64,000 bases of DNA. Source: Nageia nagi. Taxonomy: Eukaryota; Plantae; Pinophyta. The stretch lies in assembly GCA_050084985.1 (NCBI GenBank), contig JBITNC010000001.1, forward strand, positions 87,296,001 through 87,360,000, in the 5' to 3' direction. Below the pieces are notes generated by a model, which worked only from the letters and a program-made list of their open reading frames with translations, did no database searches and had not been told where the DNA came from. The position numbers and the translations under genes were made by a program. This document shows, in pieces, positions 49,901-61,837 of the stretch. Positions within the stretch are counted from its first letter, which is position 1. The number at the start of each line of letters is the position of its first letter.

Positions 49901-52900
49901 TTCACATATTAATTTGAAAGAATGCTTAGAGAGTAAAAAAATGTTAGTAATAGTGTAATACAATACTATTTTTCTTTGAAATTGATGGAAATAAATAGAT
50001 ATCTCTCTTTTTTTCGGATATTATTTAATATATCTGTAAGATTTATGCCATTTATTAAATTTATAATTTTATTATTCTAGTGTCACAAGTTATACTAATT
50101 ATGTTTTTACCTATTTATACCTTAAAGATAAGTTAATTTGTCTTTAAACTTCAAAAGACCTTTTTGCGGTATTTTTGGGCATATAGGATGACTTCAAATT
50201 TCTATGCTCTTAAAAAGAATTCTGAGTATTGTTTGTTTTGGCCTTATAATTTTCTTTTATTCAGATTTTTTGTTGCATCGGTGATTTGGCAATCACCTAA
50301 AATTGAGTTATTGTTTAATTTCTATGGTTAATGAATATTGAGTCAAGGATATAAATTGGAGCAATTTTATTTGAATACTTCAGTTTCTCTATTTCTACAT
50401 CCACTATAGCTATCCTAATCGTCAAATGATATTCCAGGCAAAACAGCAGTATTGTTGTCTATGCATGTGACTGTAGTGTGGTCGCACTTGAGAGAGCTCA
50501 AGAAATGGTGGATGTTGCAGTGGGTGTATCTGGAGCACATAGGTTCAAACCATTCTGCTGTGACTTCTCTATTGAAGCCTTTCCCAGTTGGCTTTGCTGC
50601 AGTAAATGCCAAGAATCATTTCAGCCCAAAGAAAAAGATAACAAAGAAAGTTGTCAATTGTGGGACTGTAAGAAGATGCTTTAAATTGAATGCTTATGTT
50701 GTTTCTTTGGAAGATAAATTTATGTAAGCTTATTGTTTATTTTGTATCTTTTTTTCATAGACAAAGCTATTGAGTGTCCAGGCAATAACCACCTTGGTTC
50801 TGGAGATGTTGTGGCTGAAGACCATGAACCTACAACCTTCAGAGGAGTTAACGTCAAACAATGTTGCATTGGTGGAGTCGATTTTGTGACATTGGTGAGT
50901 GACAGGTAAAAACATTTTGTTTATTTATTTGTTTTCTTTCTAGTTTTCTCTGATTACTATTACACTATAGAAATGGTATTCCTAGAGGTGAATATACATA
51001 TAGCTTAGGATGCTTGATGAAATGATATTCAGACAGTAATAAATATACCCCATCTGAAATTATCTTTGAAAATCCTCTTGCATTTGTGTTTTACAGTTCT
51101 ATTTAGCCCCTTTCTGCAAACAAGACAGCTTTTCACTTTACCTCTTATTGATTAATTAAAATTCATATTACCATGTTTTTATGACCTTTTGACCAAGCTT
51201 GTATTTAATCAAACCTTTACCAGTCTATTCCAAAGATTTATGATACTATAAATGAAGTTTGTGGAAATAAATAAATTGAAGATGGAGAAAAAATTAAAAA
51301 CTTTGGAGGTAAAGGACTACTTATATAAACATTCTTTTGATACATTGAATATTAGATGCTCATGAATATGATTACATCAAAGATGTATCAAATGAGACAA
51401 GATATCAGAGTTGAATGGTTTAATGAGAGATATAAACTGGGTATTAATTAACATGCCATTTGGAAAACAAACGATTGGGTTTACAGAACGAAATCTGAAG
51501 TTGATAACAACATTGAGAGGCATATACTGAGGTTCATATATGCCTATCAATATATTGGAGCTATGTCCAGCAAGTTTGTTGTTGCTGAAGTTTGCTTGAG
51601 AGAACCCCTATGATGGCTTGTGAACACTTTAGAAGAGTTGTGCTGATAGTTCAGCCCATTGCTGCTATTGTTTGTACCATGTGTGCATGATACATGGTGT
51701 TCTCTTCGACAAACTTTATTGCTTTCTTGTCCAGCTTCCAATTTTTTTTTTTTTTTTTTTTGGGGGGGGGGGTTTAGGATTTAGAATTTAGTTTGTATTA
51801 CATTATGTTAGGTTTAGATATCTAGAAATGAAGAAAAATAAATCTCTAGTAACAATGAAGGATTTAGAATTTAGTTTGTATTACATTATGTTAGGTTTAG
51901 ATATCTAGAAATGAAGAAAAATAAATCTCTACTAACGATGAAATGTTATTTAGGTTCTAGGTAGTTACAGAGGTATTCAATAACATACCAAACTCCATGT
52001 ATTATTTAAGTTTTCTAATGTGAATATGAAGCTGGCTGAAGTGCATGCTACCTTTCTCCAGAAATCCGATAACCAACACCTAGCTGCAATGGGCTTGCTA
52101 CCACAAGAGGAAGTAAATGAACTACTCATCTTCAACAGGACCACTACTGGTTGTCTACACATCACTTTCTTCCCAACAACTCTTGTAGAAATTGAAGGCA
52201 CTTAACAGTTGTACCAACAACCAACCAAGCAGAAATTTGAGTGTAGTTTCCTTCAATAAAACATCACCACATGGCCAGTGATATGGCTACATCCTGAACC
52301 TTAAAGAATGGATAAGTGTTGACCAAGCAGTAGCAGCAATGGTCTGTCTACCAGCAACAAGACAATCTTCTCCCTTAACAACATCAAACTTGGTGAAAAT
52401 GGTGATTTTCCTCCAATCACCTCATCAATGGGCTTTTAATGCCACCGGTATTTCAACATCTATATCAACAGTGTCAACAACAGAAGTCTTGATGACTTCC
52501 CCCCTTCAATGAAAGAAGTTTTAGAGGTAGAAATATTCCTTTTTATCAAATATCTCTTTTTTTTAAAACAAAAAATAATTTCCATTATGGAAGCCTGTGT
52601 TTTTAATATGGTCTTCTTACCCTACAAAAGCTCATTAAGAGTATACAAAGTTTGTTTCTCCTGATTACATGCATGATTTGTTTTTTGCAACAAATATAAA
52701 AACTCCTTTTTTTCTTTTACGTTGTCCTGCTCATCACTGCCATTTAGCTTAGTTTTGATATTTAGTGATATATATAAATAAATAACTCCAACATGTAACG
52801 TGCCTGGTTGTAAGTATTGTACTTGTTAGTTCATCCATGTTGATGTTCAACCTTTACAACTTGGACCAATGGATGTGAAATTCAAGAATTGTCAAAATGG

Positions 52901-55900
52901 CAGTTGACTTGATGCATATATCTTTTCTCAGTTTCCCATAGTTTCTCATTTTCTTTTGCAACTGCCAGGGTTGAATATCCACAGGTGCTTCTCCTCATAA
53001 ATGTCCTTCTAAAATCTTTGTATGGCTTTGAAACTTCTTCAGTGCCTTTGAACATCTATCACTTGTCTAATGGATGACATTGCATATTGTGTTTGGATCT
53101 ACCCTTGTAATGAATCTGATTTTTATGCTTCTAATAATGCAATTGATAAAACTTATGTCCAATGATGCTAGCGTCTCAGTTGCAAAGGAGGAACACTCAT
53201 ATCTATTGTTGATGACAACTCCATCTCATTCACAGCTCCAGCATTGGTTTCTTCATAGATCTAGCATTGATTTCCTTTTTACTTAAAAATGCAGGTGAGA
53301 TAAACACTTCATGGCATTGCCCGCTCTGTTGCCATATTGGATTTCTAGAGAAAGGTGGCTTGCACTTGAATGAGCTTCATATTCATATTAGAAACTTAAA
53401 TAATACATGGAGTTACAATGAAAAAACAGTTGTCGCATTATCATCAACCAAGGTAGTGTGTCCAAGGGAATAGTTGGTGCTCAATATGAGGCAGCATGGT
53501 TCTGAAATGTTCTTGGCATTATGACTGTGCAGCAGATGCAGCCAAAACAAAAATATGTGGAATATGTAGTCAATTCCAAATTGTTTTGTGTTTTCTTTTT
53601 CTTCTCCAATTTGGATTATTCTAGACTTGTAAGTCAATGAGTTAAACTCGCTGGACTTGCAGAAAGACACTTGTGGAGTCTTTGAAAGATTCAAGAGTGC
53701 ACATTTTTGACTTAGTAGACCTGAGTCGGCTTGGGACTTTGAGCCTTTTCAAGACTCAGAGTCTAAAAAACTGTTTAAATAAACATTAGTGAACTTTTTA
53801 AAATAATGTTACTTTAAGGGAGGTGTTTGGAATATTTGGCGCTACCTCTAGGACCTTACTATTAAGGTGCTGTAAACCATTTTTAATGATGTCATAGTGT
53901 TATTAAAAATGTAACTCTCAAATCAAGTTACATATTACTATTAGCAATAGCAATATCCAAAGGGTTTCTGTTTGCCAGAATTTGATTAGGATTATCATGA
54001 GTCTTAGTCTCAGTGTTTCTCACTTAGTGTGGTTATTTGAACACGAGGAGCATGGTCATTGTGGCATGAGCATGAGTCATCATTCTTGGCAATTGCTATT
54101 TTGCCACTAGACCAGAGTTTGGTAGCTCTGTAGATACAGTATGCTGGTGTAGATTTGATAATGTTTTTTCCTATTGTTTATGTTCCATCTTGTAGAATGA
54201 CAAAATCTCTATCATGTATTACAGTATTATCTTAAAATCGTTATTGTCAGTATCCCTGTTCTTGATTAGCCATAAGCTAAAACTTGTATTTTGGTGTCCC
54301 ATGGCATATTGCTTAATGTCTTGTTTCGCCACTTCATTACTTTTTCTCACTAGAAAGATGTGATTTTTTTGTGATGGAAAGCTACAAATTCATAGCATCT
54401 CCACTTGATTATATTTCATTTTGCACCAACAAACAATCAAACCACCCTTGAGTACTTTTACTTCCAATCTTGTGAAGTTGTCTTTTTTTGTATAGGAATT
54501 AGGACTGTAGTAGTCAGACTGAGATGTAATCGAAAAACTCTGAGTCTCAAGCCAAATCAAGGCTGGAGAACTGGCTATTTGCATTTTTTTTTACTTGTTG
54601 GAGTTTGAATAAGTTTTGCTGAGTCATGAGTTGTTTTACTGAGTTTTTGTTGGGTGTTTGTTAAAAGATCTTTATTTTAATATTTTGTTATTTGCTGAGT
54701 CAATGACTTGCTGTGCTGTTTCTGACGTCAAGTTTGACTTCTGTATATAGGAGTTAAGACCTTATCAGCCTTGTGATACTATGCTGCTTGATCATGTTTG
54801 GGTTGTAAACCTCAAGTTCCAGTACCTGGGTTGAGGGCTGATGAACTCCATTGATGTATGAGTCAATTCTGTTTTACTGAATTTTTTCTCCTAGCTAGGA
54901 CTACCTACTGCCTGTGTTCCAGCTATGGACCTTCTGATGTCCATTGCAAATCACTAAGTATATGATCATAGTTGCTTGTTTTTTATCTTCTCCATGTAGA
55001 TTTTCTACTAAATAAGGCCTCGCTGGCTGATCACTTTTCTGGTATATCTTGACTGCTCCATTCCTGTATGAGCATGTTCATGTGCTGATCTAGGACCTAA
55101 ATGAGGTAGAGTCTGAGCAAGGGTACCTCCATTTCCCCGTTTCCCCCAATTTGGGTACTTGGGGACAGGTACGAAAGGTCCCCTTCCTGTACCCCACTTT
55201 TGGAAAATTTAGCGGAAACGTTTCTCTATTGGGGGGGACGCCTAGCCGTTTCGGGGACAGCTAGGCATCTCCCCTACATCCCTGAAATGGTAGGCGTTCC
55301 CCATAGAGAAACGTTTCTCCAACTTGAAGAGAAATAAATCAAGTGTGATGCTTTGAGTTTGTTTTGTCATATCTTTTGACATTTTGCTATGTTATACTTC
55401 TTGTATCACACTCTCATATGATATGTTTTGTGTCTCAAGTCTCATGAGTCATATGATATGTTTTGATATTTTGGCATTTTGCTATGTTCTACTCCTTGTA
55501 TCAGACTATTTAGTATTTACTATTCGTTGTTCAGTTGTTCAGAATTTCAGACTCTCATATGATATGATTATATTTACTTTTCAGATTTTGATTTGTCACA
55601 TATGATGTGTGTCTATGACTATGATAATGAATTAAGATTTACAAGTTCTGAATTTCACATGGAATATTTAAAACTAGAAAATTTCAATACTTTTTAATAT
55701 ATATTTATAATTTTATTATATTTTTAATATTGCTGTACCCCGCCATACCCAAAATCGGACCCAAGTCGTCCCCATTCCGAAGATGTGCCTTCTCTAACCC
55801 CACGTCTCCGTCCCGGAAACTCCATGGAACATTGGTTTCAATTAATTAAAATTTGCCTTTGATGAAGAGAGATAATATATTTTTCTTAAACAAAAAAAAC

Positions 55901-58900
55901 ATCCATCAATTTGCTTTGCTATATGAATCATAAGAAGTTATGACTTTGCTATTGTGATGATGTACTGATGTAGTCATTTATAATGTATGCGTTTTTAGTC
56001 ACTTTTGCATTGGACAGTATTCAATCTTTCAGATGAATGCATTGTTAAGATTTTCTATGCATTTTAAACCATGCATGAGAAATATGTACAATAGTACATC
56101 GAGCAAGTGGTTTGTTGTACTCGTACTAGCAGAATTAGCGTAATATTACATGATATGTATGCAAAATACTTAGCTATTCCAAACCTGCATAGCTGGTCAG
56201 CCAGATTTGATGTAATTGTTAGATGCACTAATATGTAAATAAATATTTATCCTATCACTCAACTCCTCTTGCAGAAAGGAAAACCGCACATGAATTTTCT
56301 GATTTTGTAAGAATGTTCTGTACATTTGAGTGACTACATCCATATTTATGATTTCCCCCTACATGGATGGCGTTGAAAAAACACCCTACCAATTCCAATT
56401 TCTCTTATTTTATTCCTTGCATATGTCCATTTGAGAAACTTGCTCCTCTTCTTCAAAATTGCTCTCATAGCCTGAAATGACCAATTCAATAGTGGTGCTT
56501 AATGCTTCTTCTAGTAAAAAAGGGCAGCTCTGTGCATTAATAATTACAAATTTAAGTTTCTCTACTCTTTTTTTTTCCAAAACAGGACATTCTATATTAT
56601 TTCTCTTCTCGTCCTGACTAAATACAAAATGAATAAGATGCATATTTGTGTGGTTATAAAGATAACTCAGATATTTGAAGTACACATCTTGTAAATATTG
56701 AGATATATCATTTTTTTGCGTTCATCTTAATCACTTTATAATGGTGGGAGAAACTTAAAATTTTAGTTATTATTTTATTGTTCTGTATTTTTAATCTCAT
56801 TTGGATGTGGTAGTTTATCCTATTTCCACATGTTGATAAATTGACACTTCTCTTGAAGATTTTGTGTAATATTTGAATTTGTTCCTTGCATAGCATCGAG
56901 GTTGCTCAAACTTTTGATGGCGAGACAAGTCCTAAATGTTACCTTGCACACAGACGAGATTAACTTAGTTGTCTATAGGCCACTTAGTTATAGACCCAAA
57001 AACATAAGCAGACAACAAACAACCTATGTTGTTATTTAAGCTCCCCTAATTTGTTTTTTCAAGCAGAGAACAGAGAAGACTAATTAAACTTTTTTACCTC
57101 CTTAAAAAACATATATAATCTTTAGAGGAAACAAGGCAAAAGATAAACAAGCAAACAATCCATATTCGCTTTTGTTATTTAATGGAAATGTACTTTACTA
57201 GGATGGTTCAGAGTATTTTATGCAACAAACACATATAAGATACTAAGTTTGATGAAAACTAGATGTACTTTTGCAGTTGTACGGTTGTAGAAGACTTGAT
57301 GGTAACTTGTTGACCTGTAGTTAGCATGCCAATAGATAAATTTTTATGCGGCTTGCCTCAGGTTGGATTGTTTGGAGCCAATAGGAATAACAAAGAATAT
57401 GATCGAGTGGCAGTGGTCTGAATCCTACCATTAGATTCATTGATCAGTTGAAAACGAGATATTTGAGTCGAGGAAAAACAAACAGATATTAAAACAGTCT
57501 AAGGCTAACAAGAGATAAGCTATCTTTCATGTGATTTTCTGCTAAAAGACATGTACTTGATTGCAAGTAAGGAGAGAAGCAACGTTCAAGGCTATGGACT
57601 TAAAACAACCCTGAGGATAAAACTGTCATGTACATAGAAGATATCCTGGAAATTCCAAGTGTTGCACTTTTTCCTCATGCATAAATATTCAAGGCAAAGT
57701 CTCTTTCCAAAGAGCCCATCAGCTATTTCCTTATCGATCTTTTTATTATCTATGTGCTTTGCATGATGTTTCTATATTGATCTGATATGAATTTTTTTGC
57801 TGTGTATTGGCTTTGTGATATGTGATCTATGATTTTCTGATTGATGTGTTGCCGAAGCAGAAATGATAGTTTCTTTATATATAATTTGATTCAAAGCTGC
57901 TATGTATCCCTTTGAATGGATTTGGTCATCAACTTGTGTATAAGGAAATTTGATAAGAGGTTGGAAGCACAGTTGATTTGATCTGAAGTTTGTGAGAGTA
58001 AAGAACTAGCCATTTCTACTCTGGCCTGATGGAGAACTATTGTTAAAGGATAGTAGGCAGCTTGATCAGAGAAGGTGTAGTCAAGAGTCTCACTTATCAG
58101 TCAGGGAGTTTCTTTGGTTGCATTAAATGGCTATGGCCCATGGGTATGGGATGATCTAATTGGTTAGATCTGAGGCACAAGTTGCATGGATTGTAAGACC
58201 TGGAATGTTTGAAGTTTTGCTACTAAGACTTCTGACAGTATCACCAATCAGGATTCTTAGAGTAAGTCTTGTTAGTCAGGAGAACATTGATGTAAAATTT
58301 CCAGAAAGTAGGTTTAGAGTTGTTATGATATGCTCGATTGAGACTATCACCTTCCTGTTGATGATGAAGATTGGACATCTAGGTTTACGGACTGAGAGTA
58401 TTTATGCAGTTTATGGTTGAGTCTTTTCTTTGCCCTTTTAGGCTGATGTGTCAAGTTTTTATTTGTTTGACTGTCTTTAGTCTTACTACTTACTTTACAA
58501 TTCTTAGTCTATTTGTCACATCTAGTTGATGTTGGTTATTACTAAGGTTCAAAGGTTTAGTCATTTAGGATCAAAGATTGAAGGTAGATTAAAGATTGAT
58601 GATGGGATGACCTGTAACGAGTCTCTGAAAGATTTAAAACATTGCAATCCATTGGATCAGAGACTAAGATTAAAGATTGAATAATGGAATGGCTCGAATT
58701 AAAACTTGTGAAAGACATAAGGTATTCCACTCCGTTTGATTAACATTGAGATTAGACTAAAGAGAAATGATTGAGTGACATGCATTAAGTCTGATAATGT
58801 TTTAAATAAACTACATTACATTTCAATCATATTTTCCAATGGACTATTTTGTGATCCATAAGATTAAAGTATGAAGTCAGACTCTGAGTTGGGAAAATCG

Positions 58901-61837
58901 GATGACTTGGAATGACTTTGATCAAGGGTTAGATTAAATCTGTGCCATGGAATTAAGACTGAGATTAGGTTTAATGAAGATTGCAAGTGGATGGGATAAT
59001 CTACAACTTGGAATGTGTTGAAATGTATTGGGATCAACTTTCAAAATACAACAAACACAATTGGAGCCAAAGATAGGCATATTTTCTTAAGCATTTGTAT
59101 GTCCGATCCAATGGATTGAGGCTCAAAATCATATGGTTTGGAATGAATCCAACGAAAGACTTAAAACTGGTCAAAGCCTTTAAAATCATAGATTAAGCCT
59201 GGGGGATTTGACTTGAGACTTAAATCATCAACAGGGTGACATAAGTCTTACAAAGACTCAAAACAAACTGAATTTGTTGGATTGAGGCTGATGTTAATAC
59301 AAGACTTCAGATTAAGGTTGAGACTTGAGACAAAACACAAATCAATCAAGATATTGATGCGACAAAATACTTATGATTTAGAAGCCTTTACATAAATAAA
59401 AGGTTTCCAAGACTGCACATAAAACTAAAATAGACTTTAGAAACCTTAATCATAACTTCTCAGGTTCCCATAATGCTTTTATATTTGCATAGCAGAAGAC
59501 ATATGCATCTTCATAGTCATTAAACTCGACATGGGGCAGAGAATCTGTTTGTATGACTATATTTTCAGAAGAGTCAAAAAAGTTAGTTAATTTTGCTATA
59601 AGTGAATTAAGCAGGTTGAATTTATCATGCTTGTTAGAAAAATAGTTTTCAGTTGGTGTTTTAATGTGTTTGAAATATGAGCGGCTACTATTTGAACCCA
59701 TGGCTTTTCTATGGAAGTCCACTTATTTATCACTTGAGCTTCGCTCATTTGACAGTTTGTAGTTATATTGTTTTAAACAAAATTAGTGGATTGGTAAATA
59801 TATTAACATATATTATTATTACTTTTAAGTTTTAGGACAATAATATTTTTAATGTCATTTTTCGTCTAATGTGTAATGTAAGATTTATTTATGTTTTTAG
59901 TGGGTTTATCATTTTTTATTCTGTATTATTTATATAGTAGATATTATGCACATGCACACATATAGAGATGGACAGATGTAATAGCACTATTAAAATGGCT
60001 TCGCCTTCTGCTCTCATCGGAGAACGCTTGTGGATGGTAGCAGCAATTTAACTCCTTAAAAAGTAACATCTACAGAAAGTGGAGTCTGAACCAGTTTTTC
60101 TTTCTTTGTTCGAAATTGTGGAATACAAAATGAATTTGTTGAAAGGTAGCTTCATCCAGATTCCAAGTTTACCTTCCTTTTATGTGCCCAGGGGAAGTAA
60201 CTGTTCTGATCTGTACGAAATGCATTTTGAGTCTTTGACATGGACATGTTTTGGATTTTGTATCTACACAAAGATCAATTTTGGAAGTTGTTTGTTCTTC
60301 CTTTTGCAGCATTATATAAGACATTTATTACATGTGGGAGCAGGTTTGATGTCGTGTTGTCCATGTAGAAGTGGTTGTGTAGGGACAGAGCCTTACCTAC
60401 ACTTAGTTACCAATTCAAAATATCTGTGCTTTTCCACCCAGCTGTTGTTTTCCTTATTATTCAGCCAATGAATTTTTCTGAATACTGCAAGCAACATTTT
60501 GCCCTTCTACAGTAAATCTTTGATGGCTGAGACATAACTACAGTTTGTAAACAATTTGGTTATATGCAATTTGCATATTTTGACAACTGAAACTAAATAC
60601 TTATCTGCAACTTTTTGTTAGGTTTGTATGTGGCTTGCTATCTGACAATTCATGTTCCTTCAAAGAAATAACTTCAAAAGGTAGTTTCTGAAGTCCTCAT
60701 TACTTTCTCTGAAGATCATCTCAGAGACTTCTGCTTTGTGCATTCAATACGTTCAATTATCTTGACATCCACATACAACAATGGGCAAAAATGGGGATAA
60801 AACTTGTGCAAAAGTGGGATGTACAATCATCAAATGCCCAAGGGCATATTGATAAGAGCATCAACAAATTTAATTCAGTTGATGATGTAAGTTTGTTTTA
60901 AATTTTCAATACCTTAAAAAGAGAATGGGAAAATTGTATCATAACATATACTAATAAAAGTTATTTTCTGAGCATTCTTTACAGATATTCACTCTGTCCT
61001 CGGTACCTATGAGAAGAATGCCACATGTTATTAAAGAGTGCTTATCTATTTTGAAGCCTGGTGGCATGCTACTCTTCAGAGACTATGGTAAGTACTAAGC
61101 TAACTAAATTCATTTCTGTGTTGATTTTCTGAAACGGCTGAGGACATTAAGATGACTTTATTTATGTAGAAGGTGAAAAAGGTAATAATATCTTGATACA
61201 AAATTTTAAATTTGATATTTTTCTCACTACATTACAAACTAGTGGAAATTTTCCAGGTAACAGATGCATTACATCAATGCTTTGTATTTTTTTTTCAAGT
61301 TATTCTCTCTTCTGAACTCTTTTAAGTCATGCTTTCTTCAGAGTTCTTTTAAGCCATTAATCTTATGTATGTACAATGCGCTGATGGAAGTTCTGTCTCC
61401 TTGCTAGTTTCTGCCTTCTAAAATGAGCAAAAATTGCAGATAAACTTCAAATCCTTGAATTTAACCCCACAGACTTTTCCATTTTCTTTTTGGACAGGCC
61501 TATATGACATGACAATGCTACGATTTACTCCTGCTCAAAAAATTAGTGATTTCAGTTATGTACGTGGAGATGGCACTTTTTCCTACTATTTCTCTTTGGA
61601 TTTTCTAAGAGAACTTTTTATAACTGCTGGTTTTGTTGAGGTAATGTGGTCTGACAATTTTAGGAAATTTGAAACACAAGTACATTTTAATATTTGATGC
61701 TGACAGTATAGTGTTGTCATTTTGAGATGATACAGGTAGAGAGTCGATTCTGTTGTGTGCAACTGGTTAATCGTAGAAAAGGACAGAAAATGCGACGTGT
61801 TTGGGTGCATGGGAAGTTCCAGAAGCCTCTGACATAG
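46670..61837 (+). CDS. METTL6: SAM-dependent methyltransferase of the METTL6/METTL2/Trm140 tRNA N3-methylcytidine family, 7 exons, 358 aa
   Basis: Exons 46670-46924, 47025-47134, 50438-50667, 50761-50894, 60985-61087, 61498-61640 and 61736-61837 join in frame (1077 nt, GT-AG introns). Family motifs: FFKERKYLLKEFPEL, LEVGCGN, VYACD, IFTLS, LKPGGMLLFRDYGLYD, YVRGDGT.SYYF, NR...MRRVWVHGKF. The symbol denotes the family, not proven orthology. Confidence 0.92.
47025..47134 (+). CDS. METTL6: METTL6-like exon 2
   Basis: ERKYLLKEFPELLTVEGSPKLLEVGCGNASTVLPIM, containing SAM motif I. Confidence 0.9.
50438..50667 (+). CDS. METTL6: METTL6-like exon 3
   Basis: QNSSIVVYACDCSVVALERAQ...FCCDFSIEAFPSWLCCSKC...QLWD. 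Confidence 0.88.
50761..50894 (+). CDS. METTL6: METTL6-like exon 4
   Basis: Polypyrimidine-TAG acceptor; reads ...KQCCIGGVDFVTL, then a GTGAGT donor. Confidence 0.85.
51776..51942 (+). repeat. 83-bp tandem duplication next to a poly(T)-poly(G) run (intron 4)
   Basis: AGGATTTAGAATTTAGTTTG starts at 51776 and at 51859, and the units are nearly identical. Confidence 0.9.
55110..55835. mobile_element. Non-autonomous DNA-transposon-like insertion with GC-rich ends and an internal hairpin (intron 4)
   Basis: GC- and CpG-rich termini with GTACCC/GTCCCC subrepeats around an AT-rich core. Inverted repeat at 55215-55317. No TSD was resolved. Confidence 0.45.
60985..61087 (+). CDS. METTL6: METTL6-like exon 5
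   Basis: IFTLSSVPMRRMPHVIKECLSILKPGGMLLFRDY, then a GTAAGT donor. Confidence 0.92.
61498..61640 (+). CDS. METTL6: METTL6-like exon 6
   Basis: GLYDMTMLRFTPAQKISDFSYVRGDGTFSYYFSLDFLRELFITAGFVE. Confidence 0.92.
61736..61837 (+). CDS. METTL6: METTL6-like exon 7
   Basis: VESRFCCVQLVNRRKGQKMRRVWVHGKFQKPLT*. Confidence 0.9.
   Translation, partial: VESRFCCVQLVNRRKGQKMRRVWVHGKFQKPLT

Noticed and set aside
59450-60471. Intronic ORFs 59450-59722 (-) and 60079-60471 (+)
   Set aside because: No recognisable domain, and the spliced methyltransferase is complete without them.
19877-61837. Laccase plus methyltransferase as a biosynthetic gene cluster
   Set aside because: The methyltransferase has tRNA m3C (METTL6/Trm140) family motifs, not those of a small-molecule O-methyltransferase, and only two genes are present, 24.6 kb apart.
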